Assembly (NCBI GenBank): GCA_964016885.1
Contig: OZ024746.1
Coordinates: 49,538,001 to 49,602,000 of the forward strand
Source: Eledone cirrhosa
Lineage: Eukaryota
Length of the DNA: 64,000 bases
Direction: 5' to 3'
The notes below the pieces were generated by a model, which did not search any database, had not been told where the DNA came from, and saw only the letters and a program-made list of their open reading frames with translations. Made by a program: the position numbers and the translations under genes. How positions within the stretch are numbered: the first letter of the stretch is position 1; each line of letters starts with the position of its first letter. Positions 10,776 through 27,434 of this stretch are shown in pieces.

Positions 10776-13217
10776 TTAATTAGGTTTATAATATTTAAAT
10801 GTTTTTTTTAGTTTATGATTACACGATATAATTAATTCCTGTCGTTTATTTAATAGGATATCCTTAGATTTCATTATTTCAAATAGTTCTTGGGAACATA
10901 ATCTACATTCATTTCTATTATTTTGATAAGGGGTGGCTCTTTTGAGCACACTCCAGGTCAAATCATATTCTATATTCTTATTTTTATAACTATTGATTTT
11001 TTCTGCTAGAGATGTTGTATTAGCCAGTGCGGCATTTTTAAAACTATGCTTGTGGGTATTAAACCTTGTCTTAAAATTGTTAGAGGTAGCTCCTATATAT
11101 GAGCAAATAGAATCTTTAGTTTTAACATTACATTTATAGACTATGTTGTTAACAAGACAATTCCCTTTTAATGGGCAGTTTGCTTTGTTTCTACAGTTAC
11201 AACCTTTCGTTAATTCTGTATTTGAGGAGATATTATGGTTAATTTGATGTACTGGTGGTATACTTATGGTTTTCTTACATTTATATGCATTATAGGCACT
11301 TATATTTTGTTTTATGTTATTTGTTGTAGAGTATGAGAATTTAACTGTAGACCTATTTAAGATTTGATGGTATTTGTGGTTTGGCGGGAAGTTTTTCTCT
11401 AGGATATAAAAAATTTTTTTAGCAATATTATCCTTAATTTGTAAATTAAATGGAGCATTATACCAAGTAACCCGTCTATTACGGTTTCTATGTTGTTTAT
11501 TATTTTTATTATTTTTATAGGTTGTATCGTGATGTTTACTAGGAGGATTAATGTTAATGATCTCACCACAACCATTTTTAGTTATATTTGTAGATTTAGG
11601 TGTTTTATCCTTTTTATTAGGAGTTTTATTATTAATATTTATTAGAGTTGTATGATGAGTAGTTTTTTGAGAGTTACTATATTTTATATTAGAAGATTTG
11701 GTATTTTGGGGTATAGTGTGGGTGGCATTTAGGTGTGTACTTTTCATTTGGTGTTTGTTGGTAATATTAGGTTGTATGCTTTCAGTATTTTTAGTAGAAG
11801 GTATATATTCTAATCTATTTTTGTGGCCACTTCTATCTAGAGCTTCGTTATAGAAGGTCGCATTTTTATCAAATACATCTTGGTTAGAAGAAAGGTTAGA
11901 AATTCTAAGTGATATATTATATGCAAGGTTTTTAAGGATAGATTTAGGGTGATTAGATTGTGAGTGTATGTAATGTAAGTTTTGGTTTGGTTTATGGTAA
12001 GGTTGGTAGATACCCGTAGCTAAATCTAAAGTTATATCTAGGAAATTTACTACTTTACTTGTTTTTTCAAAAGTAATATGAAGATTATAATAGTCTTTAA
12101 GGAAAGTTCTAATATGTTTTTTGTTTTTTTCAATTTCTGAAAGGCTAAGGTTGTTAGAAAGAAGAAGACAGTCATCACGATATAAACCACCTTTGAGGTG
12201 GGGAAAGGAGGCATTTATGTTGAAAAGGAGAAAGAGGCCCACAAGATCAGTAATTTGGGCGGAATCGCTTGAACCCATAGTAATATCAAATAGATTACTA
12301 TATGTGTTTCTGGTCCAGTATTCATTCTGAAATTCAATAAGTGTTAGTCTAGCATGTGTAATAATATTAATGTCATCCAAAGTTAAGTTAGATCTATTTT
12401 TAGCAAATATCAATGCTTTGTTCAGGAGTATAGGTGATATAGAAGAATAGTAATTATCTATATCAAATTGTAGAAATGAAGCAGAAGATTTACATCTAAT
12501 ATTTTTAAACCAGTTAATTACCTGGGAGGTGTTTTCCCAGAGTGGTAAAATAACGTGTTTTCTTATTTGTGGGATGACTCTATCCAAAATTTTTTTGCTA
12601 ATTATTCCAATATCTGATTTGGAGGGACATATAAGTCTAATAGAAGGATTTGAGTTAAAGTTTGATTTATGATCCTTCAGGTTGAAGTGTGGTCTTTTCA
12701 ATGCCAAAGGTTCAGTTCTATCTTCAATGTTTAGTTTTTTTACTATGTTGTGTGTTTTGTTGTTGATGTTGGTGAGTGACGCATTATTAGATTTTTTATA
12801 ATTTTTTCTGAGTTCTTTATATATGAACTCATTATAATGTTCAATATCCATATGATACAAGTTACCAGTTTTGTCCGAGTGGACATGGATTTTTTTAGAC
12901 TTTTTTAGGTCCAATAGGGTAGAATCAAGGTCCTTTTGAAAGACGGATTTATACTTTTTAAATTTGAGGTGTTTAATTAAATTAAAAAGGTCTTTCTCGA
13001 AGTCTTCAAGTAAAAAGTTGTGTGGTGGATTCTTGTAAGTATTGAAATCATACATATATTTCCGATCTGCTTGTTTAGATTTTTTATCGAAGTGGTAGGC
13101 TCTCCATCTAACCCTTCTGATAAAATTATTAGTTTTTTGAATCATAAGGAGTAAGAAGTCATCCTTAGAAGGTATTGGTATGTTTTTTAAAGAGGTTCCC
13201 AAATATTGTTTTTCCAT
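10776..13217 (-). CDS. PLE RT + GIY-YIG, intact (second unit)
   Basis: Same protein as 4124-6565 except AKKIFY vs AKKFFY. Confidence 0.95.
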   Translation of the reverse strand: MEKQYLGTSLKNIPIPSKDDFLLLMIQKTNNFIRRVRWRAYHFDKKSKQADRKYMYDFNTYKNPPHNFLLEDFEKDLFNLIKHLKFKKYKSVFQKDLDSTLLDLKKSKKIHVHSDKTGNLYHMDIEHYNEFIYKELRKNYKKSNNASLTNINNKTHNIVKKLNIEDRTEPLALKRPHFNLKDHKSNFNSNPSIRLICPSKSDIGIISKKILDRVIPQIRKHVILPLWENTSQVINWFKNIRCKSSASFLQFDIDNYYSSISPILLNKALIFAKNRSNLTLDDINIITHARLTLIEFQNEYWTRNTYSNLFDITMGSSDSAQITDLVGLFLLFNINASFPHLKGGLYRDDCLLLSNNLSLSEIEKNKKHIRTFLKDYYNLHITFEKTSKVVNFLDITLDLATGIYQPYHKPNQNLHYIHSQSNHPKSILKNLAYNISLRISNLSSNQDVFDKNATFYNEALDRSGHKNRLEYIPSTKNTESIQPNITNKHQMKSTHLNATHTIPQNTKSSNIKYSNSQKTTHHTTLININNKTPNKKDKTPKSTNITKNGCGEIININPPSKHHDTTYKNNKNNKQHRNRNRRVTWYNAPFNLQIKDNIAKKIFYILEKNFPPNHKYHQILNRSTVKFSYSTTNNIKQNISAYNAYKCKKTISIPPVHQINHNISSNTELTKGCNCRNKANCPLKGNCLVNNIVYKCNVKTKDSICSYIGATSNNFKTRFNTHKHSFKNAALANTTSLAEKINSYKNKNIEYDLTWSVLKRATPYQNNRNECRLCSQELFEIMKSKDILLNKRQELIISCNHKLKKTFKYYKPN

Positions 13218-13567
13218 TGTGATATGGATGATGGACAATTGAAAGAGCTCAACTAAATGTATATGGGTTTATAAAATCATACATATATATGTATATACAT
13301 AAATATAAAATTAATACACACATACAGTACAAAAATACGAATATTTCCGTGAAAATAGGAGCAAAATTATGTAGATAAATCTACCAAGAGTTTACGGTAG
13401 TGTCCAATCCGTATGAAGAACTCAATGTATTCCGGATATCATGGAAAGAAGAGATGTAATGAAAAATCACTTTCGGTGAAAGATAAACGGTATACAGAGT
13501 CAAGATAAATTATTAAACAAATAATGAATAAAACAATGAAACAGTTCCTTATATTAAACAAAAAAAG

Positions 13568-13721
13568 TTCATTATTTAACGATCGTTTCTAGGATATATA
13601 TGTGTTAGAATTGGCATGCATATTCAACAGATCTATGTACAAAATTATACAAAATTATACAAACTATCAAGATTAAATATACATACCAACACATATATAC
13701 GCCGTCTTCAGAAATAATGAA
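13568..13721 (-). ncRNA. Hammerhead ribozyme, family A copy
   Basis: Same motif as 254-407. Confidence 0.88.
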
Positions 13722-14334
13722 ATGTATTTATTGATAATAACAACAATTCAAAATTTCAGGTCCGTTTGGGAACAAAATTGACCAATGAAAATACAAAAGG
13801 TTTTATGCAGTTCGGTGTGTGTATATACATGTAACTACCCTTACACATATTTTACAAAAATGTATGCTCAACTTGTATACGCATACCAAAAGGATGGATG
13901 CAAATACAAAATTTCAAGGTTAATGTCTCTGTAAGTTTATAATGCACAGATAAGATGCGTATAGACACATAAATATGAAATAAGTGTATACACATATTCT
14001 CATACTCACACATATCCGTACAATCACACACACACGCGCGTATATGCATAAACATACACATAACTACGAACATACAAACACACACACACCCCCACTCACA
14101 TATATATATGTGGATATAATATCATAAGCACATGGATATTAATTCACTCACATAAACACTGCCACACACATTTAGATCAAGATACAGAAATTAGGTGGGA
14201 GGGGGGGAGAGGTCAGTATTCAACGGTTTGGGCAGACTGCTTATTATAGATGTATCTATAAACTAAGAAAATAAAAAATAAAAATTAAAAAGGAAAGAAA
14301 AGAAAAAGAAAAAAGAAAAAAGAAATATATCAAG

Positions 14335-14428
<94 letters not shown>

Positions 14429-14541
14429 AACACATACATACATATACACACATTCACACTTAGAACATACATACACACACATATATAAACATATACATAT
14501 ACACACATAAACACATATATACACACATACATATAAATATA

Positions 14542-14575
<34 letters not shown>

Positions 14576-14868
14576 CACACACATATATACACATATAATC
14601 ACACATTCTATATAGACACACATATATATATACACATACACGCACATATACATACACATACATACTTATATACATACAGATATACACATACATACCTATA
14701 TATACACACAAATACATACATACATACATACATACATACATACACACCAATACTTACGCATCCATATATCGGTATATACATACAAACACCACTACACTCT
14801 CACACAACTCAGACATACAAAGAAAAAGGTATATACCTATACACATATACATATACAAATAGAGATAC

Positions 14869-14931
<63 letters not shown>

Positions 14932-15121
14932 CACATATACACACACATACATACATACACATACATACATGTACACACACATACATATACATACATACAC
15001 ACATACACACATACATATATAGTCATACACACACATACACCTACACGAACATACACATACACATATATAAAGATATATATACACACACACACATACACAC
15101 ACACACATATATATAAAATAA

Positions 15122-15162
<41 letters not shown>

Positions 15163-15493
15163 CATATACATACACACATACATAGACATATATGTACATA
15201 CATACACATACATACATACATACACACACATATATACATATATATACACACACAGACACATACATACATACACACACAACATACATACACACACATATAT
15301 ACTCATACATAGAATTAGATATATATTCATACATGCATACGCACTTACATATACTCATATATACAAATACATACGCATCCATATATGCGTATATACATAC
15401 AAACACCACTACACCCTCACACAACTCAGACATACAAAGAAAAAGGCATATACATATACATATATACACGCATTAATAGAGATATATATACAC

Positions 15494-15524
<31 letters not shown>

Positions 15525-15733
15525 CACTTATATATATACACCCACACACACATACAACCATAAACACACATACAAACACCCACATACACATATATATACA
15601 CATACATATATATACACACACACAAAAAACATACATACACATATATATTTTTTTACACATATATATACACATATATATACATATACACACCCTCACATAT
15701 ACACACATACACATAAGTTATATTATAATAATA

Positions 15734-15776
<43 letters not shown>

Positions 15777-16015
15777 CGAATATAGACATATATACACACA
15801 TAGATATATATATATATGTACATATACACACACACACACACACACTCACATATATATGTGCGCACATGCACATATATACACATACACACATATACACGTA
15901 AACACATACATGTGCATACATGCACACACACACATATACCCACATAGATACGAAGATAGACATATAAATAGAGAGACATACATATATATACACACACATA
16001 TATACATACATACAT

Positions 16016-16072
<57 letters not shown>

Positions 16073-16900
16073 CACACATACACGCCCACACACATATACA
16101 CATATACACATATATATACATACACACATACACATACACATATATATACACACATGCCTATATACACACATATATATACATACACACATATATATACACA
16201 CAATCTTACATTCTTATTTGCATGCGCATATATGTATTTTTATATTCAGATATAAATACCCAAACATATATACACCTACCTACATATATATTCATACATA
16301 CACGCTTACAAACACAGATGATAATAGTATGGGGGAAAGGGGGGGGGTTGGAGAAGGGGATTATAGTAAATATATGTTTCAAGAAACATAGAATATTATC
16401 TGTATCTGGATCCAATGTATGTTTTTACATAGTTTCAGTGTTAGGAAATACAAGAAATAAGGCAAAATTTATGCATCTCAAAATAAATAAGTATACCATT
16501 AATTATATGTTAACTAAACTAAAGATAGTTAACATATTGATTTCTAAGGTGTAAATTAGTTAGGTTTATAATATTTGAAGCAGAATTTTGAAGTTAAATA
16601 GTAGTAGAGTATTAATTATAGTATAACTAAATTAAAGTTAATAACGTTATGGTATCAATATTAGGAAATGAATTTAGTAATAGGGAAAAAACAAATAAAG
16701 TATTACATCGGTAGTAGAATATAAATTATAGGTTAACTAAATTAAAAATTATATATTAATTTCTATAGTATATGTTAATTAGGTATATAATAAATAAAAC
16801 AGATATTGTATTTTATCAATAGCAGAATATAATTATATGCAAATAGAAATCAAAATTAATACATATACATATACATATACATACACATATATATATACAC

Positions 16901-16947
<47 letters not shown>

Positions 16948-17436
16948 TACACATACATATACATACATACATATACATATTTTTTTCAAAAATTGCAAAG
17001 AATTTATTAACTAGGTATATATCCAAAACACATCCCATTCTATGATTACATGACATTCTGCAATCCGTCTGTATAAGGATACTAATTTTAAGCCAATTAA
17101 ATTAAATTTTTAGGTTGACTAAATTTAAAACCAAATTATAAATATATTTCTAAAATGTATATTAATTAGGTCTATAATACTAAAAATTATTTCTCTGTCA
17201 TTGGATACACGATATTTTGTTATATTTTATCTGTAAAGGAATTTTAATAAAAGGTTTAAATAAATTAAAATTAATCTATAAATTAAATTACTAAGTATAT
17301 ATTAGTAATATTTAAAGGTTTTTCACAATTTATGATTACACAATATTTTATATTCTCATCTGTAATAGAATTTTAATTAAATTAAATTTATAGGTTAACT
17401 AACATTTAAATTAAATTAATTTCTAAAATAATGTTA

Positions 17437-19877
17437 TTAATTAGGTTTATAATATTTAAATGTTTTTTTTAGTTTATGATTACACGATATAATTAATTCC
17501 TGTCGTTTATTTAATAGGATATCCTTAGATTTCATTATTTCAAATAGTTCTTGGGAACATAATCTACATTCATTTCTATTATTTTGATAAGGGGTGGCTC
17601 TTTTGAGCACACTCCAGGTCAAATCATATTCTATATTCTTATTTTTATAACTATTGATTTTTTCTGCTAGAGATGTTGTATTAGCCAGTGCGGCATTTTT
17701 AAAACTATGCTTGTGGGTATTAAACCTTGTCTTAAAATTGTTAGAGGTAGCTCCTATATATGAGCAAATAGAATCTTTAGTTTTAACATTACATTTATAG
17801 ACTATGTTGTTAACAAGACAATTCCCTTTTAATGGGCAGTTTGCTTTGTTTCTACAGTTACAACCTTTCGTTAATTCTGTATTTGAGGAGATATTATGGT
17901 TAATTTGATGTACTGGTGGTATACTTATGGTTTTCTTACATTTATATGCATTATAGGCACTTATATTTTGTTTTATGTTATTTGTTGTAGAGTATGAGAA
18001 TTTAACTGTAGACCTATTTAAGATTTGATGGTATTTGTGGTTTGGCGGGAAGTTTTTCTCTAGGATATAAAAAAATTTTTTAGCAATATTATCCTTAATT
18101 TGTAAATTAAATGGAGCATTATACCAAGTAACCCGTCTATTACGGTTTCTATGTTGTTTATTATTTTTATTATTTTTATAGGTTGTATCGTGATGTTTAC
18201 TAGGAGGATTAATGTTAATGATCTCACCACAACCATTTTTAGTTATATTTGTAGATTTAGGTGTTTTATCCTTTTTATTAGGAGTTTTATTATTAATATT
18301 TATTAGAGTTGTATGATGAGTAGTTTTTTGAGAGTTACTATATTTTATATTAGAAGATTTGGTATTTTGGGGTATAGTGTGGGTGGCATTTAGGTGTGTA
18401 CTTTTCATTTGGTGTTTGTTGGTAATATTAGGTTGTATGCTTTCAGTATTTTTAGTAGAAGGTATATATTCTAATCTATTTTTGTGGCCACTTCTATCTA
18501 GAGCTTCGTTATAGAAGGTCGCATTTTTATCAAATACATCTTGGTTAGAAGAAAGGTTAGAAATTCTAAGTGATATATTATATGCAAGGTTTTTAAGGAT
18601 AGATTTAGGGTGATTAGATTGTGAGTGTATGTAATGTAAGTTTTGGTTTGGTTTATGGTAAGGTTGGTAGATACCCGTAGCTAAATCTAAAGTTATATCT
18701 AGGAAATTTACTACTTTACTTGTTTTTTCAAAAGTAATATGAAGATTATAATAGTCTTTAAGGAAAGTTCTAATATGTTTTTTGTTTTTTTCAATTTCTG
18801 AAAGGCTAAGGTTGTTAGAAAGAAGAAGACAGTCATCACGATATAAACCACCTTTGAGGTGGGGAAAGGAGGCATTTATGTTGAAAAGGAGAAAGAGGCC
18901 CACAAGATCAGTAATTTGGGCGGAATCGCTTGAACCCATAGTAATATCAAATAGATTACTATATGTGTTTCTGGTCCAGTATTCATTCTGAAATTCAATA
19001 AGTGTTAGTCTAGCATGTGTAATAATATTAATGTCATCCAAAGTTAAGTTAGATCTATTTTTAGCAAATATCAATGCTTTGTTCAGGAGTATAGGTGATA
19101 TAGAAGAATAGTAATTATCTATATCAAATTGTAGAAATGAAGCAGAAGATTTACATCTAATATTTTTAAACCAGTTAATTACCTGGGAGGTGTTTTCCCA
19201 GAGTGGTAAAATAACGTGTTTTCTTATTTGTGGGATGACTCTATCCAAAATTTTTTTGCTAATTATTCCAATATCTGATTTGGAGGGACATATAAGTCTA
19301 ATAGAAGGATTTGAGTTAAAGTTTGATTTATGATCCTTCAGGTTGAAGTGTGGTCTTTTCAATGCCAAAGGTTCAGTTCTATCTTCAATGTTTAGTTTTT
19401 TTACTATGTTGTGTGTTTTGTTGTTGATGTTGGTGAGTGACGCATTATTAGATTTTTTATAATTTTTTCTGAGTTCTTTATATATGAACTCATTATAATG
19501 TTCAATATCCATATGATACAAGTTACCAGTTTTGTCCGAGTGGACATGGATTTTTTTAGACTTTTTAGGTCCAATAGGGTAGAATCAAGGTCCTTTTGAA
19601 AGACGGATTTATACTTTTTAAATTTGAGTTGTTTAATTAAATTAAAAAGGTCTTTCTCGAAGTCTTCAAGTAAAAAGTTGTGTGGTGGATTCTTGTAAGT
19701 ATTGAAATCATACATATATTTCCGATCTGCTTGTTTAGATTTTTTATCGAAGTGGTAGGCTCTCCATCTAACCCTTCTGATAAAATTATTAGTTTTTTGA
19801 ATCATAAGGAGTAAGAAGTCATCCTTAGAAGGTATTGGTATGTTTTTTAAAGAGGTTCCCAAATATTGTTTTTCCAT
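17437..19877 (-). pseudogene. PLE RT + GIY-YIG with a 1-nt frameshift (third unit)
   Basis: Split into track ORFs 19404-19898 and 17437-19521 by T6->T5 at ~19562-19566. This is a homopolymer, so it may be a sequencing error. Confidence 0.85.
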
Positions 19878-20227
19878 TGTGATATGGATGATGGACAATT
19901 GAAAGAGCTCAACTAAATGTATATGGGTTTATAAAATCATACATATATATGTATATACATAAATATAAAATTAATACACACATACAGTACAAAAATACGA
20001 ATATTTCCGTGAAAATAGGAGCAAAATTATGTAGATAAATCTACCAAGAGTTTACGGTAGTGTCCAATCCGTATGAAGAACTCAATGTATTCCGGATATC
20101 ATGGAAAGAAGAGATGTAATGAAAAATCACTTTCGGTGAAAGATAAACGGTATACAGAGTCAAGATAAATTATTAAACAAATAATGAATAAAACAATGAA
20201 ACAGTTCCTTATATTAAACAAAAAAAG

Positions 20228-20381
20228 TTCATTATTTAACGATCGTTTCTAGGATATATATGTGTTAGAATTGGCATGCATATTCAACAGATCTATGTAC
20301 AAAATTATACAAAATTATACAAACTATCAAGATTAAATATACATACCAACACATATATACGCCGTCTTCAGAAATAATGAA
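20228..20381 (-). ncRNA. Hammerhead ribozyme, family A copy
   Basis: Same motif as 254-407. Confidence 0.88.
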
Positions 20382-20994
20382 ATATATTTATTGATAATAA
20401 CAACAATTCAAAATTTCAGGTCCGTTTGGGAACAAAATTGACCAATGAAAATACAAAAGGTTTTATGCAGTTCGGTGTGTGTATATACATGTAACTACCC
20501 TTACACATATTTTACAAAAATGTATGCTCAACTTGTATACGCATACCAAAATGATGGATGCAAATACAAAATTTCAAGGTTAATGTCTCTGTAAGTTTAT
20601 AATGCACAGATAAGATGCGTATAGACACATAAATATGAAATAAGTGTATACACATATTCTCATACTCACACATATCCGTACAATCACACACACGCGCGCG
20701 TATATGCATAAACATACACATAACTACGAACATACAAACACACACACACCCCCACTCACATATATATATGTGGATATAATATCATAAGCACATGGATATT
20801 AATTCACTCACATAAACACTGCCACACACATTTAGATCAAGATACAGAAATTAGGTGGGAGGGGGGGAGAGGTCAGTATTCAACGGTTTGGGCAGACTGC
20901 TTATTATAGATGTATCTATAAACTAAGAAAATAAAAAATAAAAATTAAAAAGGAAAGAAAAGAAAAAGAAAAAAGAAAAAAGAAATATATCAAG

Positions 20995-21088
<94 letters not shown>

Positions 21089-21190
21089 AACGCATACATA
21101 CATATACACACATCCACACTTAGAACATACATACACACACATATATAAACATATACATATACACACATACACACATATATACACACATAC

Positions 21191-21241
<51 letters not shown>

Positions 21242-21530
21242 CACACACATATATACACATATAATCACACATACTATATAGACACACATATATATATACA
21301 CATACACGCACATATACATACACATACATACTTATATACATACAGATATACACATACATACCTATATATACACACAAATACATACAGACATACATACATA
21401 CATACACACAAATACTTACGCATCCATATATCGGTATATACATACAAACACCACTACACTCTCACACAACTCAGACATACAAAGAAAAAGGTATATACCT
21501 ATACACATATACATATACAAATAGAGATAC

Positions 21531-21589
<59 letters not shown>

Positions 21590-21737
21590 CACATATACAC
21601 ACACATACATACATACACATACATACATGTACACACACATACATATACATACATACACACATACACACATACATATATAGTCATACACACACATACACCT
21701 ACACGAACATACACACACACACATATATATAAAATAA

Positions 21738-21778
<41 letters not shown>

Positions 21779-22109
21779 CATATACATACACACATACATA
21801 GACATATATGTACATACATACACATACATACATACATACACACACATATATACATATATATACACACACAGACACATACATACATACACACACAACATAC
21901 ATACACACACATATATACTCATACATAGAATTAGATATATATTCATACATGCATACGCACTTACATATACTCATATATACAAATACATACGCATCCATAT
22001 ATGCGTATATACATACAAACACCACTACACCCTCACACAACTCAGACATATAAAGAAAAAGGCATATACATATACATATATACACGCATTAATAGAGATA
22101 TATATACAC

Positions 22110-22140
<31 letters not shown>

Positions 22141-22349
22141 CACTTATATATATACACCCACACACACATACAACCATAAACACACATACAAACACCCACA
22201 TACACATATATATACACATACATATATATACACACACACAAAAAACAGACATACACATATATATTTTTTTACACATATATATACACATATATATACATAT
22301 ACACACCCTCACATATACACACATACACATAAGTTATATTATAATAATA

Positions 22350-22390
<41 letters not shown>

Positions 22391-22880
22391 CGAATATAGA
22401 CATATATACACACATAGATATATATATATATATACATATACACACACACACACACACACTCACATATATATGTGCGCACACGCACATATATACACATACA
22501 CACATATACACGTAAACACATACATGTGCATACATGCACACACACACATATACCCACATAGATACGAAGATAGACATATAAATAGAGAGACATACATATA
22601 TATACACACACATATATACATACATACATACACACATATATATATATATATATACATACACACATACACGCCCACACACATATACACATATACACATATA
22701 TATACATACACACATACACATACACATATATATACACACATGCATATATACACACATATATATACATACACACATATATATACACACAATCTTACATTCT
22801 TATTTGCATGCGCATATATGTATTTTTATATTCAGATATAAATACCCAAACATATATACACCTACCTACATATATATTCA

Positions 22881-24320
22881 ATGCCTCCTTTCCCCACCTC
22901 AAAGGTGGTTTATATCGTGATGAGTGTCTTCTTCTTTCTAACAACCTTAGCCTTTCAGAAATTGAAAAAAACAAAAAACATATTAGAACTTTCCTTAAAG
23001 ACTATTATAATCTTCATATTACTTTTGAAAAAAACAAGTAAAGTAGTAAATTTCCTAGATATAACTTTAGATTTAGCTACGGGTATCTACCAACCTTACC
23101 ATAAACCAAACCAAAACTTACATTACATACACTCACAATCTAATCACCCTAAATCTATCCTTAAAAACCTTGCATATAATATATCACTTAGAATTTCTAA
23201 CCTTTCTTCTAACCAAGATGTATTTGATAAAAATGCGACCTTCTATAACGAAGCTCTAGATAGAAGTGGCCACAAAAATAGATTAGAATATATACCTTCT
23301 ACTAAAAATACTGAAAGCATACAACCTAATATTACCAACAAACACCAAATGAAAAGTACACACCTAAATGCCACCCACACTATACCCCAAAATACCAAAT
23401 CTTCTAATATAAAATATAGTAACTCTCAAAAAACTACTCATCATACAACTCTAATAAATATTAATAATAAAACTCCTAATAAAAAGGATAAAACACCTAA
23501 ATCTACAAATATAACTAAAAATGGTTGTGGTGAGATCATTAACATTAATCCTCCTAGTAAACATCACGATACAACCTATAAAAATAATAAAAATAATAAA
23601 CAACATAGAAACCGTAATAGACGGGTTACTTGGTATAATGCTCCATTTAATTTACAAATTAAGGATAATATTGCTAAAAAATTTTTTTATATCCTAGAGA
23701 AAAACTTCCCGCCAAACCACAAATACCATCAAATCTTAAATAGGTCTACAGTTAAATTCTCATACTCTACAACAAATAGCATAAAACAAAATATAAGTGC
23801 CTATAATGCATATAAATGTAAGAAAACCATAAGTATACCACCAGTACATCAAATTAACCATAATATCTCCTCAAATACAGAATTAACGAAAGGTTGTAAC
23901 TGTAGAAACAAAGCAAACTGCCCATTAAAAGGGAATTGTCTTGTTAACAACATAGTCTATAAATGTAATGTTAAAACTAAAGATTCTATTTGCTCATATA
24001 TAGGAGCTACCTCTAACAATTTTAAGACAAGGTTTAATACCCACAAGCATAGTTTTAAAAATGCCGCACTGGCTAATACAACATCTCTAGCAGAAAAAAT
24101 CAATAGTTATAAAAATAAGAATATAGAATATGATTTGACCTGGAGTGTGCTCAAAAGAGCCACCCCTTATCAAAATAATAGAAATGAATGTAGATTATGT
24201 TCCCAAGAACTATTTGAAATAATGAAATCTAAGGATATCCTATTAAATAAACGACAGGAATTAATTATATCGTGTAATCATAAACTAAAAAAAACATTTA
24301 AATATTATAAACCTAATTAA
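22881..24320 (+). pseudogene. Truncated PLE RT C-half + GIY-YIG
   Basis: Starts just before GGLYRD; YRDD changed to YRDE; A6->A7 frameshift at ~23028-23034; ends in YYKPN*. Confidence 0.9.
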
Positions 24321-24809
24321 TAACATTATTTTAGAAATTAATTTAATTTAAATGTTAGTTAACCTATAAATTTAATTTAATTAAAATTCTATTACAGATG
24401 AGAATATAAAATATTGTGTAATCATAAATTGTGAAAAACCTTTAAATATTACTAATATATACTTAGTAATTTAATTTATAGATTAATTTTAATTTATTTA
24501 AACCTTTTATTAAAATTCCTTTACAGATAAAATATAACAAAATATCGTGTATCCAATGACAGAGAAATAATTTTTAGTATTATAGACCTAATTAATATAC
24601 ATTTTAGAAATATATTTATAATTTGGTTTTAAATTTAGTCAACCTAAAAATTTAATTTAATTGGCTTAAAATTAGTATCCTTATACAGACGGATTGCAGA
24701 ATGTCATGTAATCATAGAATGGGATGTGTTTTGGATATATACCTAGTTAATAAATTCTTTGCAATTTTTGAAAAAAATATGTATATGTATGTATGTATAT
24801 GTATGTGTA

Positions 24810-24852
<43 letters not shown>

Positions 24853-25686
24853 ATGTGTATATATATATATGTGTATGTATATGTATATGTATATGTATTA
24901 ATTTTGATTTCTATTTGCATATAATTATATTCTGCTATTGATAAAATACAATATCTGTTTTATTTATTATATACCTAATTAACATATACTATAGAAATTA
25001 ATATATAATTTTTAATTTAGTTAACCTATAATTTATATTCTACTACCGATGTAATACTTTATTTGTTTTTTCCCTATTACTAAATTCATTTCCTAATATT
25101 GATACCATAACGTTATTAACTTTAATTTAGTTATACTATAATTAATACTCTACTACTATTTAACTTCAAAATTCTGCTTCAAATATTATAAACCTAACTA
25201 ATTTACACCTTAGAAATCAATATGTTAACTATCTTTAGTTTAGTTAACATATAATTAATGGTATACTTATTTATTTTGAGATGCATAAATTTTGCCTTAT
25301 TTCTTGTATTTCCTAACACTGAAACTATGTAAAAACATACATTGGATCCAGATACAGATAATATTCTATGTTTCTTGAAACATATATTTACTATAATCCC
25401 CTTCTCCAACCCCCCCCCCCTTTCCCCCATACTATTATCATCTGTGTTTGTAAGCGTGTATGTATGAATATATATGTAGGTAGGTGTATATATGTTTGGG
25501 TATTTATATCTGAATATAAAAATACATATATGCGCATGCAAATAAGAATGTAAGATTGTGTGTATATATATGTGTGTATGTATATATATGTGTGTATATA
25601 TGCATGTGTGTATATATATGTGTATGTGTATGTGTGTATGTATATATATGTGTATATGTGTATATGTGTGTGGGCGTGTATGTGTG

Positions 25687-25727
<41 letters not shown>

Positions 25728-25966
25728 ATGTATGTATGTATATATGTGTGTGTATATATATGTATGTCTCTCTATTTATATGTCTATCTTCGTATCTATG
25801 TGGGTATATGTGTGTGTGTGCATGTATGCACATGTATGTGTTTACGTGTATATGTGTGTATATGTATATATGTGCGTGTGCGCACATATATATGTGAGTG
25901 TGTGTGTGTGTGTGTGTATATGTATATATATATATATATCTATGTGTGTATATATGTCTATATTCG

Positions 25967-26007
<41 letters not shown>

Positions 26008-26216
26008 TATTATTATAATATAACTTATGTGTATGTGTGTATATGTGAGGGTGTGTATATGTATATATATGTGTATATATATGTGTAAAAAAATATATAT
26101 GTGTATGTCTGTTTTTTGTGTGTGTGTATATATATGTATGTGTATATATATGTGTATGTGGGTGTTTGTATGTGTGTTTATGGTTGTATGTGTGTGTGGG
26201 TGTATATATATAAGTG

Positions 26217-26261
<45 letters not shown>

Positions 26262-26588
26262 ATATATATATCTATTAATGCGTGTATATATGTATATGTA
26301 TATGCCTTTTTCTTTGTATGTCTGAGTTGTGTGAGGGTGTAGTGGTGTTTGTATGTATATACGCATATATGGATGCGTATGTATTTGTATATATGAGTAT
26401 ATGTAAGTGCGTATGCATGTATGAATATATATCTAATTCTATGTATGAGTATATATGTGTGTGTATGTATGTTGTGTGTGTATGTATGTATGTGTCTGTG
26501 TGTGTATATATATGTATATATGTGTGTGTATGTATGTATGTATGTGTATGTATGTACATATATGTCTATGTATGTGTGTATGTATATG

Positions 26589-26627
<39 letters not shown>

Positions 26628-26633
26628 TTATTT

Positions 26634-26676
<43 letters not shown>

Positions 26677-26817
26677 CTTTATATATGTGTATGTGTATGT
26701 TCGTGTAGGTGTATGTGTGTGTATGACTATATATGTATGTGTGTATGTGTGTATGTATGTATATGTATGTGTGTGTACATGTATGTATGTGTATGTATGT
26801 ATGTGTGTGTATATGTG

Positions 26818-26878
<61 letters not shown>

Positions 26879-27167
26879 GTATCTCTATTTGTATATGTAT
26901 ATGTGTATAGGTATATACCTTTTTCTTTGTATGTCTGAGTTGTGTGAGAGTGTAGTGGTGTTTGTATGTATATACCGATATATGGATGCGTAAGTATTGG
27001 TGTGTATGTATGTATGTATGTATGTATGTATTTGTGTGTATATATAGGTATGTATGTGTATATCTGTATGTATATAAGTATGTATGTGTATGTATATGTG
27101 CGTGTATGTGTATATATATATGTGTGTCTATATTGTATGTGTGATTATATGTGTATATATGTGTGTG

Positions 27168-27220
<53 letters not shown>

Positions 27221-27318
27221 GTATGTGTGTATATATGTGTGTATGTGTGTATATGTATATGTTTATATATGTGTGTGTATGTATGTTCTAAGTGTGGATG
27301 TGTGTATATGTATGTGTT

Positions 27319-27434
<116 letters not shown>
